Source: Gaiellaceae bacterium (GTDB lineage Bacteria; Actinomycetota; Thermoleophilia; Gaiellales; Gaiellaceae). Taken from it: DNA of 46,464 bases. A model generated the notes under the pieces. The model searched no databases, had not been told where the DNA came from, and saw nothing but the letters and a program-made list of their open reading frames with translations. The stretch lies in the NCBI GenBank assembly GCA_035643535.1, contig DASQQF010000147.1, positions 1 through 46,464 on the forward strand, read 5' to 3'. Positions 7,328-16,740 of the stretch are shown one piece after another. A program made the translations under genes and the position numbers. Numbering within the stretch: position 1 is the stretch's first letter; every line of letters begins with the position of its first letter.

Positions 7328-8568
7328 GCGTCCTCCACCTCGACTGGTTGCGAACCGAACTTCAAATCCTGGTGGTGCAGCTTGTGCCCGAGCTTATCCC
7401 GCTTGGCGGCCAGATAGCGAGCGTTCTCGGGCCGCGGCGCCACCTCGATCGGCACCTGTTCGACGACCTCGAGCCCCCACGCCTGCAGACCCGAGACCTT
7501 CTTCGGGTTGTTGGTCAGAAGCCGGATCGTCGTGACACCGAGGTCGGCGAGGATCTGGTTGCCGATGCCCCACTCGCGCTCGTCGGCGGCGAAGCCGAGC
7601 GCGAGGTTCGCGTCGACCGTGTCGAGTCCCTGCTCCTGGAGCTCGTATGCCCTGAGCTTGTTGAGAAGGCCGATGCCGCGCCCTTCCTGTGCCATGTAGA
7701 GGAGGACGCCGCGGCCCTCGCCCGCGATCGCGGCGAGCGCAGCATCGAGCTGCTCGCCGCAGTCGCAGCGGAGCGAGTCGAAGACGTCGCCGGTGAGGCA
7801 TTCCGAGTGGACGCGAACGAGCATGTCGTCACCGACCTCGCCCAGCACGAGCGCGAGATGCTGCCGTCCGGTCAGCGCCTCGCGGAAGGCGCTTGCCGCG
7901 AACGTCCCGTGGGGGGTCGGCAGCTGGACGGTGACGACCCGCTCGACGAGCTTCTCGGTCCTGCGGCGGTACTCGATCAGGTCGGCGACGGTGATCAGCC
8001 GCAGCCCGTGGCGCTCGCAGTACGGGACGAGGTCGGGGATCCGGGCCATCGTCCCGTCCTCGTTCATGATCTCGCACACGACGCCGGCCGGGATCAGCCC
8101 GGCGAGTCGGGCGAGGTCGACGGCGGCCTCGGTCTGGCCGGCCCGCACGAGAACCCCGCCGTCGCGGGCGCGCAGCGGGAAGACGTGCCCGGGCTGGACG
8201 AGGTCGCGCGGCGTCGACGCCGGGTCGATCGCGACCTGGATCGTGCGCGAGCGGTCGGCGGCCGAGATCCCCGTCGTGACGCCCTCCCGCGCCTCGATCG
8301 AGACGGTGAAGGCCGTGCCGAGGCGCGCCTCGTTCCTCGGCGTCATCGGCGGCAGGCCGAGCTGGTCGCAGCGCTCCTCGGTCAGGCAGAGGCAGACGAG
8401 CCCGCGCGCATGCGTGGCCATGAAGTTGATCGCTTCGGGTGTGGCGAACTGCGCCGCGACCACGAGGTCGCCCTCGTTCTCCCGGTCGGGATCGTCGACG
8501 ACGACGACCATCTTCCCGTTGCGGATGTCGTCGAGCGCCTCCTCGACGCCGGCGAACGGGCCGTTCAC
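7324..8568 (-). CDS. ribBA: Bifunctional 3,4-dihydroxy-2-butanone-4-phosphate synthase / GTP cyclohydrolase II
   Basis: GTG at 8568 overlaps the ribE stop. The 414-aa product has DRENEGDLV (DHBP synthase part) and [21 protein letters not shown] (GTP cyclohydrolase II zinc site). Confidence 0.95.
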   Translation of the reverse strand: MNGPFAGVEEALDDIRNGKMVVVVDDPDRENEGDLVVAAQFATPEAINFMATHARGLVCLCLTEERCDQLGLPPMTPRNEARLGTAFTVSIEAREGVTTGISAADRSRTIQVAIDPASTPRDLVQPGHVFPLRARDGGVLVRAGQTEAAVDLARLAGLIPAGVVCEIMNEDGTMARIPDLVPYCERHGLRLITVADLIEYRRRTEKLVERVVTVQLPTPHGTFAASAFREALTGRQHLALVLGEVGDDMLVRVHSECLTGDVFDSLRCDCGEQLDAALAAIAGEGRGVLLYMAQEGRGIGLLNKLRAYELQEQGLDTVDANLALGFAADEREWGIGNQILADLGVTTIRLLTNNPKKVSGLQAWGLEVVEQVPIEVAPRPENARYLAAKRDKLGHKLHHQDLKFGSQPVEVEDA

Positions 8569-9152
8569 GACGCGATCCTCGCCCTGACGAGCCGCTCGAC
8601 GATCTTGCCGAGCACGTCCGCCTCGAGGTTGACCGCGTCGCCGGTCTCGAGCCGGCCGAGGGTGGTGACCTCGAGCGTGTGCGGGATCAGGGCGACCGCG
8701 AACCCGTCGCCGTCGAGGCCGGCGATCGTGAGCGAGACGCCGTCGACCGCGATCGAGCCCTTCTCGACGCACGTGCGGAGGAGGTCCTCTGGTGCGTCGA
8801 CCCAGACCCGCCGGCCGAACTCCTCGTCCACGGCGCTGCGGACGCGGCCGACCGCGTCGACGTGCCCCTGGACGACGTGGCCGCCGAGCGGTTCCCCCAT
8901 GCGGAGCGCGGGCTCGAGGTTCACGCGGTCGCCCGCGCGGAGCGCGCCGAGGGTCGAGCGGGAGAGCGTCTCGGAAACGACGTCGAAGGCGACGCGCCCG
9001 TCGCCTGCTGCGACGACTGTGAGGCAGACGCCCGCGAGCGCGACCGAGTCGCCGGGGGCCGCCTCGGCCGCCGCCCGCGGTGCCTCGACGACGAGGCGGC
9101 CGTCCTCGGAGGCGGCCACGGTCGCGAGCTCGCGCACGATGCCGGTGAACAT
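8565..9152 (-). CDS. ribE: Riboflavin synthase alpha chain
   Basis: 195 aa starting MFTGIV, with the internal duplicated barrel pattern ([13 protein letters not shown] / [11 protein letters not shown]). Confidence 0.9.
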   Translation of the reverse strand: MFTGIVRELATVAASEDGRLVVEAPRAAAEAAPGDSVALAGVCLTVVAAGDGRVAFDVVSETLSRSTLGALRAGDRVNLEPALRMGEPLGGHVVQGHVDAVGRVRSAVDEEFGRRVWVDAPEDLLRTCVEKGSIAVDGVSLTIAGLDGDGFAVALIPHTLEVTTLGRLETGDAVNLEADVLGKIVERLVRARIAS

Positions 9153-9161
9153 GCTCGAAGA

Positions 9162-10106
9162 CTACGGCTCCCGGAGATATGCCTCGACGAGCACGTCTTC
9201 GCCGAAGGGCTCGCTGCGGAGGTGGAGGAGCTCGAGCGGCTCGGCGAGGTCGCCGAGGAAGCGCGGCCCGGCGCCGGCGAGCGCCGGTGCGACGAAGAGG
9301 AGCAGCTTGTCGACGAGCCCGGCTGCCAGGAAGGCCGTCGCGAGGGTCGGCCCGCCCTCGAGCAGGAGCGACCGGACGCCCTCCGAGGCGAGCGTCCCCA
9401 GCTCCTGTTCGAGCGGGCCGCTGCGAAGCTCGAGCTCCGACCCCTCCGGCAGCGGGCCGCGACCGAAGGCGAGGCGGCGCGGCTGGCGTTCCGCCCCGAC
9501 CTCCCGCGCGTCGAGGCGCGGCGCGTCGGCGCGGACGGTGCCCATCCCCACCGCGACGGCATCGGAGCCGGCACGCAGCTCGTGGACGAGCCGCCGCGAC
9601 TCCTCGCCCGAGACCCAGCGGCGGCCGGGGACTGCGACCCTGCCGTCGAGGGTCACCGCCGCCTTGTACGTCACGAACGGACGGCCGAGCGCCTTCCACG
9701 TCCGCCACGCCTCGTTCTGCCGGCGTGCGGCCAGGTCGTCGAGCAGCGAGACCTCGACACCCGCCGTCCGCAGCCGCTCGAGGCCGCGGCCGTCGACGAG
9801 CGGGTTCGGATCGCGCGCGCCGACGACGACGCGGGCCACCCCGGCCTCGACGACGGCGTCGGCGCACGGCGGCGTGCGGCCGTGGTGCGAGCACGGCTCG
9901 AGCGTCACGTAGAGCGTCGCGCCCCACGCCCGCTCCCCGGCCTGCTCGAGCGCCGCCACCTCGGCGTGGCGTACGAGGTCGTACTCGTACCACCCCTCCC
10001 CCACGACCTCGCCGTCGCGGACGACGACCGCACCGACGAGCGGATGGTCGCCGACCTTGCCGCGGCCCCGCTCGGCCAGCTCGAGCGCCCGCTGGAAGGC
10101 GCTCAT
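9162..10106 (-). CDS. ribD: Bifunctional diaminohydroxyphosphoribosylaminopyrimidine deaminase / 5-amino-6-(5-phosphoribosylamino)uracil reductase
   Basis: ATG at 10106 overlaps the rpe stop (ATGA). It has the HAEVAAL...TLEPCSHHGRTPPC deaminase zinc motif followed by a reductase domain. Confidence 0.9.
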   Translation of the reverse strand: MSAFQRALELAERGRGKVGDHPLVGAVVVRDGEVVGEGWYEYDLVRHAEVAALEQAGERAWGATLYVTLEPCSHHGRTPPCADAVVEAGVARVVVGARDPNPLVDGRGLERLRTAGVEVSLLDDLAARRQNEAWRTWKALGRPFVTYKAAVTLDGRVAVPGRRWVSGEESRRLVHELRAGSDAVAVGMGTVRADAPRLDAREVGAERQPRRLAFGRGPLPEGSELELRSGPLEQELGTLASEGVRSLLLEGGPTLATAFLAAGLVDKLLLFVAPALAGAGPRFLGDLAEPLELLHLRSEPFGEDVLVEAYLREP

Positions 10107-10780
10107 GCCAGCGTCTGCACGAGGCGCCGGTAGGCCCGCGGCAGTCCGTCGCGGCCGAAGATCGCCGAGCCGGCGACGAACAGCGAGGCGCCCGCCTCGT
10201 AGGCGCCGCGAATCGTCCCGTCGTCGATGCCCCCGTCGACCTGCACGTGGACGCCCTCGGGCAGCGCCTCGCGCAGGCGGCGGATCCGGTCGAGCGCCTC
10301 CGGCATGAACTCCTGGCCGCTGTAGCCGGGATGGATGCTCATGCAGAGGACGAGGTCCGCGTCGGCCGCGACGGTGGCGACGTCCTCGGGCTCGCTCTCG
10401 GGCACGAAGGCGACGCCGACCTGCAGGCCGTGCCCGCGCGCGGCCGCGATCGTCGCGGGGACGTCGTCGACGACCTCGTAGTGGAAGGTGGCGCTGTCGC
10501 CGCCGGCGCGGGCGATCTGCGGGAAGTGGCGGGTAGGATTCTCGACCATCAGGTGACAGTCGACGACGCCGCCAGCCTCGTGCACGAGCGGCGCGATCGA
10601 CTGGAGGACGATCGGGCCCATCGTCACCGGCTCGACGAAGTGGCCGTCGCCGACGTCGAAGTGGAAGACCCGCACGCCCGCGTCCAGGAGCACCCCGATC
10701 TGCTCGCCGAGCCGGGTGAAGTCCGCCGCGTACAGGGACGGCTCGACCTCGACCGTCCGGATCCAGTCCCGCCACGCCAT
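10103..10780 (-). CDS. rpe: Ribulose-phosphate 3-epimerase
   Basis: 225 aa from ATG 10780: PSLYAADF, HFDVGDGHFV, DCHLMV, MSIHPGYSGQ, VDGGI. Confidence 0.9.
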   Translation of the reverse strand: MAWRDWIRTVEVEPSLYAADFTRLGEQIGVLLDAGVRVFHFDVGDGHFVEPVTMGPIVLQSIAPLVHEAGGVVDCHLMVENPTRHFPQIARAGGDSATFHYEVVDDVPATIAAARGHGLQVGVAFVPESEPEDVATVAADADLVLCMSIHPGYSGQEFMPEALDRIRRLREALPEGVHVQVDGGIDDGTIRGAYEAGASLFVAGSAIFGRDGLPRAYRRLVQTLA

Positions 10781-10806
10781 CCCGCCGACCGATCGTACGT
10801 GGCCGC

Positions 10807-12021
10807 TCAGACGGGCGGCGCCAGGCGTGCGACGAAGAAGCCGCTCGTGCCGTGGACGTGCGGCAGCGTGAGCAGGAACTCGGGCCGCGACGGATGGACG
10901 AACCGGGGCCACGCGTCGCCGAGCGGGAGGACGCGGAGGCCGCTCCCGTCGACGACCGCCTCGCACTCGTCCGGGTTGAGCGTGCAGACGGAGTAGACGA
11001 TCGTCCCGCCCGGCCGCACCCGCTCGGCGGCGGCGCGGAGCAGCGCGAGCTGGAGCTCGGGAAGGGCGTTCGCCCGCCAGCGCAGGTCGGGACGCTGCGC
11101 GAGGACGCCGAGGCCGGAGCACGGCGCATCGACGAGCGCGCGGTCGAAACGGTCGAGCTCCGACGGGAGCGCGGTGCCGTCCGCCTCGACGACCGTCACG
11201 TCGCCGCGGCCCATGGTCACGAGGTTCGCGCGCAGCTCGCTCGCCCGGCCGGGGTCGATCTCCACCGCGGTGACCTCGCCGTGCAGCTGTCCCGTCTTCC
11301 CGCCCGGTGCGGCGCAGAGGTCGAGGACGCGCTCGCCGTCCCGCGCGCCGACGCAGAGGCCGGCGAGCTGCGAGCCACGGCTCTGCGGCCACACCAGACC
11401 GGCCGCGACCGCGGGCTCGTCCACGCGCTCGACGCGGTACGCGCCGGGGACATCCGTGGGCTCGGCTCCGGGCGGGGGCTCGCCGCGGACGAGGCGGACG
11501 ACCGTCTCGAGCGGCTCGTTCATCGCCCGCATCAGCGCGGCGGCGCCCTCTCGGCCGAGGACGCGCACGAAGGTCTCGTGGATCCAGTCGGGATACGACT
11601 CCTTCAGCGGCCCCTCGGGGAGCGAGTCGAGAAGCGGGCGGATCCCTTCCGCGAGCCGGCGCATCACCGCGTTCGCGAACGGAACCGCGCGCTCGAGGCG
11701 CGCCCCGCGGACGAGCTCGACCGACTCGTTCACCGCGGCGTGGGGCGCGGTGTCCGTGTACGCGAGCTGGTACGCGCCGAGGCGCAGCGCCGCACGGACC
11801 GGAGGATCGAGCTTCCGCACCGGCCGCCGTCCGAGCGTCTCGATCGCGTGGTCGAGCGTGCGTACGCGCTGGACGGCACCGTACGCGAGGCGCCGGGCGA
11901 ACGCCCGCTCCCGCTCGTCGAGCCCTTCCGCCGCGCTGCGGAAGGCGCGGTCGGCGTACGCGTCCTGCTCGAAGACGCGGAGGAGCACCTCGTACGCCGT
12001 GCGGCGAGCCGGGGTGATCAC
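10807..12021 (-). CDS. rsmB: 16S rRNA (cytosine967-C5)-methyltransferase (RsmB/Sun family)
   Basis: GTG at 12021 overlaps the upstream stop (GTGA). It has a NusB-like N-terminal domain, then DLCAAPGGKT, DAPCSGLG and TIVYSVCTL motifs. Confidence 0.85.
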   Translation of the reverse strand: MITPARRTAYEVLLRVFEQDAYADRAFRSAAEGLDERERAFARRLAYGAVQRVRTLDHAIETLGRRPVRKLDPPVRAALRLGAYQLAYTDTAPHAAVNESVELVRGARLERAVPFANAVMRRLAEGIRPLLDSLPEGPLKESYPDWIHETFVRVLGREGAAALMRAMNEPLETVVRLVRGEPPPGAEPTDVPGAYRVERVDEPAVAAGLVWPQSRGSQLAGLCVGARDGERVLDLCAAPGGKTGQLHGEVTAVEIDPGRASELRANLVTMGRGDVTVVEADGTALPSELDRFDRALVDAPCSGLGVLAQRPDLRWRANALPELQLALLRAAAERVRPGGTIVYSVCTLNPDECEAVVDGSGLRVLPLGDAWPRFVHPSRPEFLLTLPHVHGTSGFFVARLAPPV

Positions 12022-12347
12022 GAGCGGCAGACGAAGATCGCCCAGCCGAGCACGTCGCGCTGCCGGCGGAGGTAGCGGTCGCGGTGGGCGGCACCCCGCG
12101 CTCGGAACTCGTCCGCCTGCGGGTGGCCGGGGTTCGCGAGCAGCCAGTCGTCGAGCGTCTGCCAGTGCAGCGACTCGAAGCGGTCCCAGTCCTCCTCCAG
12201 CCAGTCGTCTTGCGGCGCCGCCTTCCGCAGGCGCCCGAGGGTCGGCACGAGGCCGCCGTAGACGAAGGTCGCGCCGAGGCAGAGGGCGGCGTCGTAGCGG
12301 TTCTGGATCTCGTGCCGCGCCTCGACGACCGCGTACCACCAGGTCAT
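12018..12347 (-). CDS. Hypothetical 109-aa Trp-rich protein, no family recognised
   Basis: ATG at 12347 overlaps the fmt stop (ATGA) and its TGA overlaps the rsmB GTG. It shows strong third-position GC and a balanced composition (MTWWYAVVEARHEIQNRYDAALCLG...DDWLEEDWDRFESLHWQTLDDWLL...). Confidence 0.55.
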   Translation of the reverse strand: MTWWYAVVEARHEIQNRYDAALCLGATFVYGGLVPTLGRLRKAAPQDDWLEEDWDRFESLHWQTLDDWLLANPGHPQADEFRARGAAHRDRYLRRQRDVLGWAIFVCRS

Positions 12348-13138
12348 CTGCGGCCCCGCAGGTACGCGTCGTACGGCATGCGCCGGCCTCCCGCCGGCTG
12401 CACCTCGAGCGGCTCGAACGAGCCGTCGGCGCCGACGCGGGCCCGCCAGACGATGAGATCGCCGAGGCGCGCGCCGATGTGCGGCGAGAGCGCGCGCACG
12501 CGGTTCACCGACTCCCACGCCGGCATCGCGGGGTCGAGCTCGCGATCGGCCGGCCCGATCTTCTCCGCATACGTCGCGCCTTCCTCGGACTGCGGCACGA
12601 ACCGCGGCTCCGGCCGTGCGAGGACGTCGCGAAGCAGCTCCACCGCGACCGGAGCGGCCCGCGCGTACACCATCCCGGCGTCGTCCTCCGACGCAATCGC
12701 GAATGCCTGCTGCGCCGCAACCGGTCCCGCGTCGAGCGCCGCGACCGTGCGGTGGATCGTCACACCCGTCTCGTCGTCGCCCGCCAGGAGCGCCCGCTCG
12801 ACCGGGGCGGCTCCGCGCCAGCGCGGCAGGAGCGACGGGTGGACGTTGAGCCAGAGCGCGCGCTCGAGCAGCGCGTCCGGGATCAGCAGGCCGTACGCGC
12901 AAACGATCACCGTCTCCGCTGCGAGCTCGACCGAGTCGTCGAGCCGCTCCGGCTGCAGGACCGGGATCCCGTGGCGCTCGGCGGCCTGCTTCGCCGGCGG
13001 GGGAGCGACCTTCCGGCCGCGCCCGCGCGGCCTGTCGGGCCGCGTCAGGAGCTGCACGACCTCGTGCTCCGACGCGAGCCGCACGAGCACGTCGGCGCCG
13101 AACGGCGCGGTCGCGGCGACCGCGATCCGCCGGGCCAC
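12344..13138 (-). CDS. fmt: Methionyl-tRNA formyltransferase
   Basis: GTG at 13138, 2 nt after the def stop. It carries the LNVHPSLLPRWRGAAP motif. At 264 aa it is compact. Confidence 0.9.
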   Translation of the reverse strand: MARRIAVAATAPFGADVLVRLASEHEVVQLLTRPDRPRGRGRKVAPPPAKQAAERHGIPVLQPERLDDSVELAAETVIVCAYGLLIPDALLERALWLNVHPSLLPRWRGAAPVERALLAGDDETGVTIHRTVAALDAGPVAAQQAFAIASEDDAGMVYARAAPVAVELLRDVLARPEPRFVPQSEEGATYAEKIGPADRELDPAMPAWESVNRVRALSPHIGARLGDLIVWRARVGADGSFEPLEVQPAGGRRMPYDAYLRGRR

Positions 13139-13140
13139 GG

Positions 13141-13704
13141 CTACCCCAGCACGATCCGGGGCCGCAGCGTCGCGAGCGCCTCGCGCCGCGCCTCGGGCGT
13201 CGTCCGGTCGAGGATGAGGACGCCGTCGAGATGGTCGGTCTCGTGCTGCGCGACCCGCGAGTACGGCTCCTCGAGCTCGTAGCGCACCGCGCCGCCATGC
13301 TCGTCGCGGCCCTCGATCGCGATCGTCGCCGGCCGCTCGATCGGAAGCAGCACGCCCTGGATCGAGAGACAGCCCTCGTCGTCGACGATCGTCTCGTCGC
13401 TCCGCTCGACGATCTGCGGATTCGCGACGACGGCCACCTCCTCGTCCGAGACCTGGAAGACGAAGAGCCGCTGCAGGACGCCGAGCTGGGTCGCGGCGAG
13501 CCCGATCCCGTTCGCATCGTGCATCAGCTGTTTCATCCGCTCGGCGAGCCGGGCCAGGTCGTCGTCGAACTCCTCGACGGGGCGAGCCGCCATCTTGAGC
13601 GCCGCGTCCGGATACTGGCGGATCTGGGCGAGGGCGACCCGCCGGCGCGCCTCGCGCTCCGGGTCGAGCTGCTCCTCCTTGATCTGACCGTCGATCTCCG
13701 CCAT
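13141..13704 (-). CDS. def: Peptide deformylase
   Basis: 187 aa with the three Def motifs GIGLAATQ, EGCLS and HETDH, plus a charged N-terminal extension of about 25 aa. Confidence 0.95.
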   Translation of the reverse strand: MAEIDGQIKEEQLDPEREARRRVALAQIRQYPDAALKMAARPVEEFDDDLARLAERMKQLMHDANGIGLAATQLGVLQRLFVFQVSDEEVAVVANPQIVERSDETIVDDEGCLSIQGVLLPIERPATIAIEGRDEHGGAVRYELEEPYSRVAQHETDHLDGVLILDRTTPEARREALATLRPRIVLG

Positions 13705-13727
13705 GGACCGGAGGGTACCCTCGCACC

Positions 13728-14261
13728 ATGGATCCCCGGACGCTCCGCGAGATCATGAACCAGGGCGCGACGCGCCCCGAGACGCCGCGCGAGCGGCGCG
13801 AGCGCGAGCTGCTCGAGGCGGATCTCGAGACGAGCCCGGTGCGCGGCCGTCCGCTGCGGCAGCGGCTCCGGAACTTCCGGCTCGACGCCGACTCGGCGAT
13901 CCGCGCGCTCGGCGGCCCGACGATCTGGATGCGGCGGCTGCGCGCGATCGAGGACGAGATCGACCAGCACGAGGCGCAGCTGACGGCGGCCTGGCGGACG
14001 CTCGCGGAGGAGCTCGACGATCCCGACGCGTTCGAATCGGCATGGCGGGAGCTTGCCCGCAACTGGAGCTTCGCCCGCGTGAACGAGCTGATCGCACGCC
14101 ACAACCGCAACTTCCCCGCCGAGGCGCGGCTGCCGATGGATCCTCGGACGCGCGACTTCGTCCGCCTCAACGGCCGCTCGTACGAGCGCGAGCCGCTCGG
14201 CGCCGACTGGATCCTCGAGCGCTACCCGCCCGACCGCGATGCGGCGCTGAGCGGGAGATGA
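13728..14261 (+). CDS. Hypothetical protein (177 aa), no family recognised
   Basis: Non-shadow composition (MDPRTLREIMNQGATRPETPRERRERELLE...WSFARVNELIARHNRNFP...). Its stop overlaps the ATG of the downstream GNAT gene (ATGA). Confidence 0.55.
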   Translation: MDPRTLREIMNQGATRPETPRERRERELLEADLETSPVRGRPLRQRLRNFRLDADSAIRALGGPTIWMRRLRAIEDEIDQHEAQLTAAWRTLAEELDDPDAFESAWRELARNWSFARVNELIARHNRNFPAEARLPMDPRTRDFVRLNGRSYEREPLGADWILERYPPDRDAALSGR

Positions 14262-14752
14262 TCCGGCCGCTGCAGCCGGAGGATGCGGACGAGCTCGCCG
14301 CGCTCTACCTCGCCAACCGCGAGTTCCTCGCACCGTTCGAGCCGCCGCGGCCGGACGGGTTCTTCACCGCCGACGGCCAGCGTGAGCGGCTGGCGGAGCC
14401 GCCGCCGACCGAGACCCACCGCTACGCGATTCTCGACGGCGACGCGATCGCGGGGACGATCAACGTGGCCAACATCGTCCACGGGCCGTTCCGGAGCGCC
14501 AATCTGGGCTACTTCGTCGACCGTGCGCGGAACGGCCGCGGCCTCGCGACGGCGGCGGTCGGCGACGTCGTCGGGGTGGCGTTCGGCGAGCTGAGCCTGC
14601 ACCGGCTCGAGGCCGGGACGCTGGTCGACAACGTCGGCTCGCAGCGCGTGCTGGAGAAGAACGGCTTCGAGCGGATCGGGATCGCCCGCCGCTATCTCCT
14701 CATCGGCGGCGACTGGCGCGACCACGTGCTCTTCCAGCGGGTTGCGGATTAG
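14258..14752 (+). CDS. GNAT family N-acetyltransferase (RimJ/RimL-like)
   Basis: 164 aa from ATG 14258: NLGYFVDRARNGRGLATAA...LHRLEAGTLVDNVGSQRVLEKNGFERIG...GDWRDHVLF. This is the typical Acetyltransf_3 layout. Confidence 0.8.
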   Translation: MIRPLQPEDADELAALYLANREFLAPFEPPRPDGFFTADGQRERLAEPPPTETHRYAILDGDAIAGTINVANIVHGPFRSANLGYFVDRARNGRGLATAAVGDVVGVAFGELSLHRLEAGTLVDNVGSQRVLEKNGFERIGIARRYLLIGGDWRDHVLFQRVAD

Positions 14753-14774
14753 CTGCGCTCGACGCGCAGCGCCT

Positions 14775-16703
14775 CTACAGGCTCTGCGGATCCACATCCA
14801 CCACCGCAGTGAGGCCGGCACGGCGCATCGCGGGAGCGGCGGCGGCGAGGAGGGCCGCAGCGCGCGAGGCGAGCGCCCGCGGCCGATCTGTCTTCCCGAC
14901 GAGCTGCGCCCGGTGGCGCCCGCGTAGGCGGAGGAGCGGCGCCGGCCCGAGCAGCTCGTGGCCTGCCAGGCCGTCCTTCACCTCCTCGAGCGCGCGCGTC
15001 GCGTCGGCGAGCTCGGGGCCCCCGACCACGATCCGGACCAGGTGCCGGAAGGGCGGATAGCCGAGCGCCCGCCGCCGCTCGAGCTCTCCCGCGAGAAAGC
15101 CTGCCACGTCGTGGCGCGCCGCGTGCTCGACCGCGCGCGACTCCGGCTGGAACGTCTGGACGAGGACGCGGCCGGGTGCATCGCGGCCACTGCGGCCCGC
15201 GAGCTGGGTGAGGAGCTGGAAGGTGCGCTCCTCGGCCCGGAAGTCGGGCAGCGCGAGGCCCGTGTCGGCGTCGACCACGGCGGCGAGCTCGACGCCCGGG
15301 AAGTGATGGCCCTTCGCCACCATCTGCGTCCCGACGAGGACGGCGCGGTCGGCGGCGGCGAAGCCCTCGAGCACCGCCCGGAGCTGGTCGGGCTTCTCGA
15401 CCGCGTCCGCGTCGAGGCGGATCCGTTCGAGCTCCGGGACGTGCTTCTCGAGCTCGCGCTCGAGGCGCTGCGTGCCGGCGCCGATCCGCGCGAGCTCGGC
15501 CGAGCCGCACGCGGGGCAGGTCTCTCCCACGGGCTCGAATGCACCGCAGTGGTGGCAGCGGAGCATCCCGTCGGCGTGCAACGTGAGCGCGACGTCGCAA
15601 TTGCGGCAGCGGCGGGTCACGCCGCAGGCGCGACAGTGGAGCGCGGGCGCGACGCCGCGGCGGTTGAGGAGGAGGATCGCCTTGCCGCCGCCCGCGGCGA
15701 GGCGGCCGAGCTCGCCGAGCAGCGGCGTCGAGAGCGGATAGCCTCGCTCGCCGCGCAGGTCGACGACCCGCACGGTCGGCAGCGGCGCCGCGATCCTGCC
15801 CCCGAGCTCGAGCCGCTCGAGCGTGTGCCACGACTCCGGCCGCGGCGTCGCCGACCCGAAGACGGCCACCGCCCCCTCGAGCGCCGCACGCTTCGCGGCG
15901 ACGGTGCGGGCGTCGTAGCGCGGATCCGACTCCTGCTTGTACGACGCGTCGTGCTCCTCGTCGACGCAGATCACGCCGAGCGACGCGACCGGCGCGAAGA
16001 CGGCAGAGCGTGCGCCCACGACGACCGGCGCCTCGCCCGAGGCGACGCGCTCGCGTTCGTCCCGCCGCTCGGCGTCGCTCAGGCCCGAGTGGAGGACGGC
16101 GACACGGTCGCCGAAGCGGGCGCGGAAGCGGCCCAGCGTCTGCGGCGTGAGCGCGATCTCGGGGACGAGCACGATCGCGCCGAGGCCGCGCGCCAGAGCC
16201 GCCTCGCAGGCGCGGATGTAGACCTCCGTCTTGCCGCTGCCGGTGGCGCCCTCGAGCAGGACATTGCCGCCTCCGGACCCGTCGAGCAGCTCCTCGATCC
16301 GCGCGAGCGCGCGCTCCTGCGGCCCGGAGAGCGCCGCCGGCGGGGGCTCGGCCGGAAGCGACGCGCGGCCGGCCACCTCGCGCCGCTCACCCCGCCTGGC
16401 CGGCTGGTGGGGCGCCACGAGGGCGAGCGTACGCGCGGGGGTCGAGCCGTAGTAGTCGGCGAGCCAGAGCGCGAGATCGACGAGCGCCGCCGGCAGCTGC
16501 TCCACGACCCGTTCCACCGCGGCGGGCTCGACCCCCTCCGGCGGCTGGACGCCGACCTCGGTGACGACGCCACGGCGACGGGCATTCCCGAAGCGGATTG
16601 CCACGACCGCGCCCTTCTCGGCCCCGTCGGGGACCTCGTACGTGAACGGCCGCGCGACCGCACGGGCGGTGACGAGCGGGTAGACCGAGGCGAGCGCGGA
16701 CAT
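14775..16703 (-). CDS. priA: Primosomal protein N' (replication restart helicase PriA)
   Basis: 642 aa with Walker A GATGSGKTEVY, a DEEHD box and the Cys-rich zinc insert CRACG...CRNCD...CHHCG...CPACG. Confidence 0.9.
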   Translation of the reverse strand: MSALASVYPLVTARAVARPFTYEVPDGAEKGAVVAIRFGNARRRGVVTEVGVQPPEGVEPAAVERVVEQLPAALVDLALWLADYYGSTPARTLALVAPHQPARRGERREVAGRASLPAEPPPAALSGPQERALARIEELLDGSGGGNVLLEGATGSGKTEVYIRACEAALARGLGAIVLVPEIALTPQTLGRFRARFGDRVAVLHSGLSDAERRDERERVASGEAPVVVGARSAVFAPVASLGVICVDEEHDASYKQESDPRYDARTVAAKRAALEGAVAVFGSATPRPESWHTLERLELGGRIAAPLPTVRVVDLRGERGYPLSTPLLGELGRLAAGGGKAILLLNRRGVAPALHCRACGVTRRCRNCDVALTLHADGMLRCHHCGAFEPVGETCPACGSAELARIGAGTQRLERELEKHVPELERIRLDADAVEKPDQLRAVLEGFAAADRAVLVGTQMVAKGHHFPGVELAAVVDADTGLALPDFRAEERTFQLLTQLAGRSGRDAPGRVLVQTFQPESRAVEHAARHDVAGFLAGELERRRALGYPPFRHLVRIVVGGPELADATRALEEVKDGLAGHELLGPAPLLRLRGRHRAQLVGKTDRPRALASRAAALLAAAAPAMRRAGLTAVVDVDPQSL

Positions 16704-16740
16704 CGGGCGAGCGTAGCCCGGGGTATGGTCGGCGCCGGCG

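Noticed and set aside
7111-9912. 933-aa plus-strand ORF. Similar very long ORFs occur at 21794..24316 +, 27063..29465 +, 35068..37869 +, 38804..41506 +, 14958..17483 +, 9179..10996 + and 24827..26551 +.
   Set aside because: They are extremely Arg/Pro/Ala/Gly-rich, have no family motifs, and lie antisense to well-supported genes (ribBA/ribE/ribD, metK/gpsA, aroA/aroF, scpAB/lgt, dnaE, priA, der). These are typical stop-poor shadow frames of high-GC DNA.
10781-10806. Looked for an FMN riboswitch ahead of the riboflavin genes.
   Set aside because: ribD overlaps rpe, and the only nearby gaps are 26 nt and 9 nt. That is far too short for the roughly 130-nt or longer FMN element, and no matching conserved core was seen.
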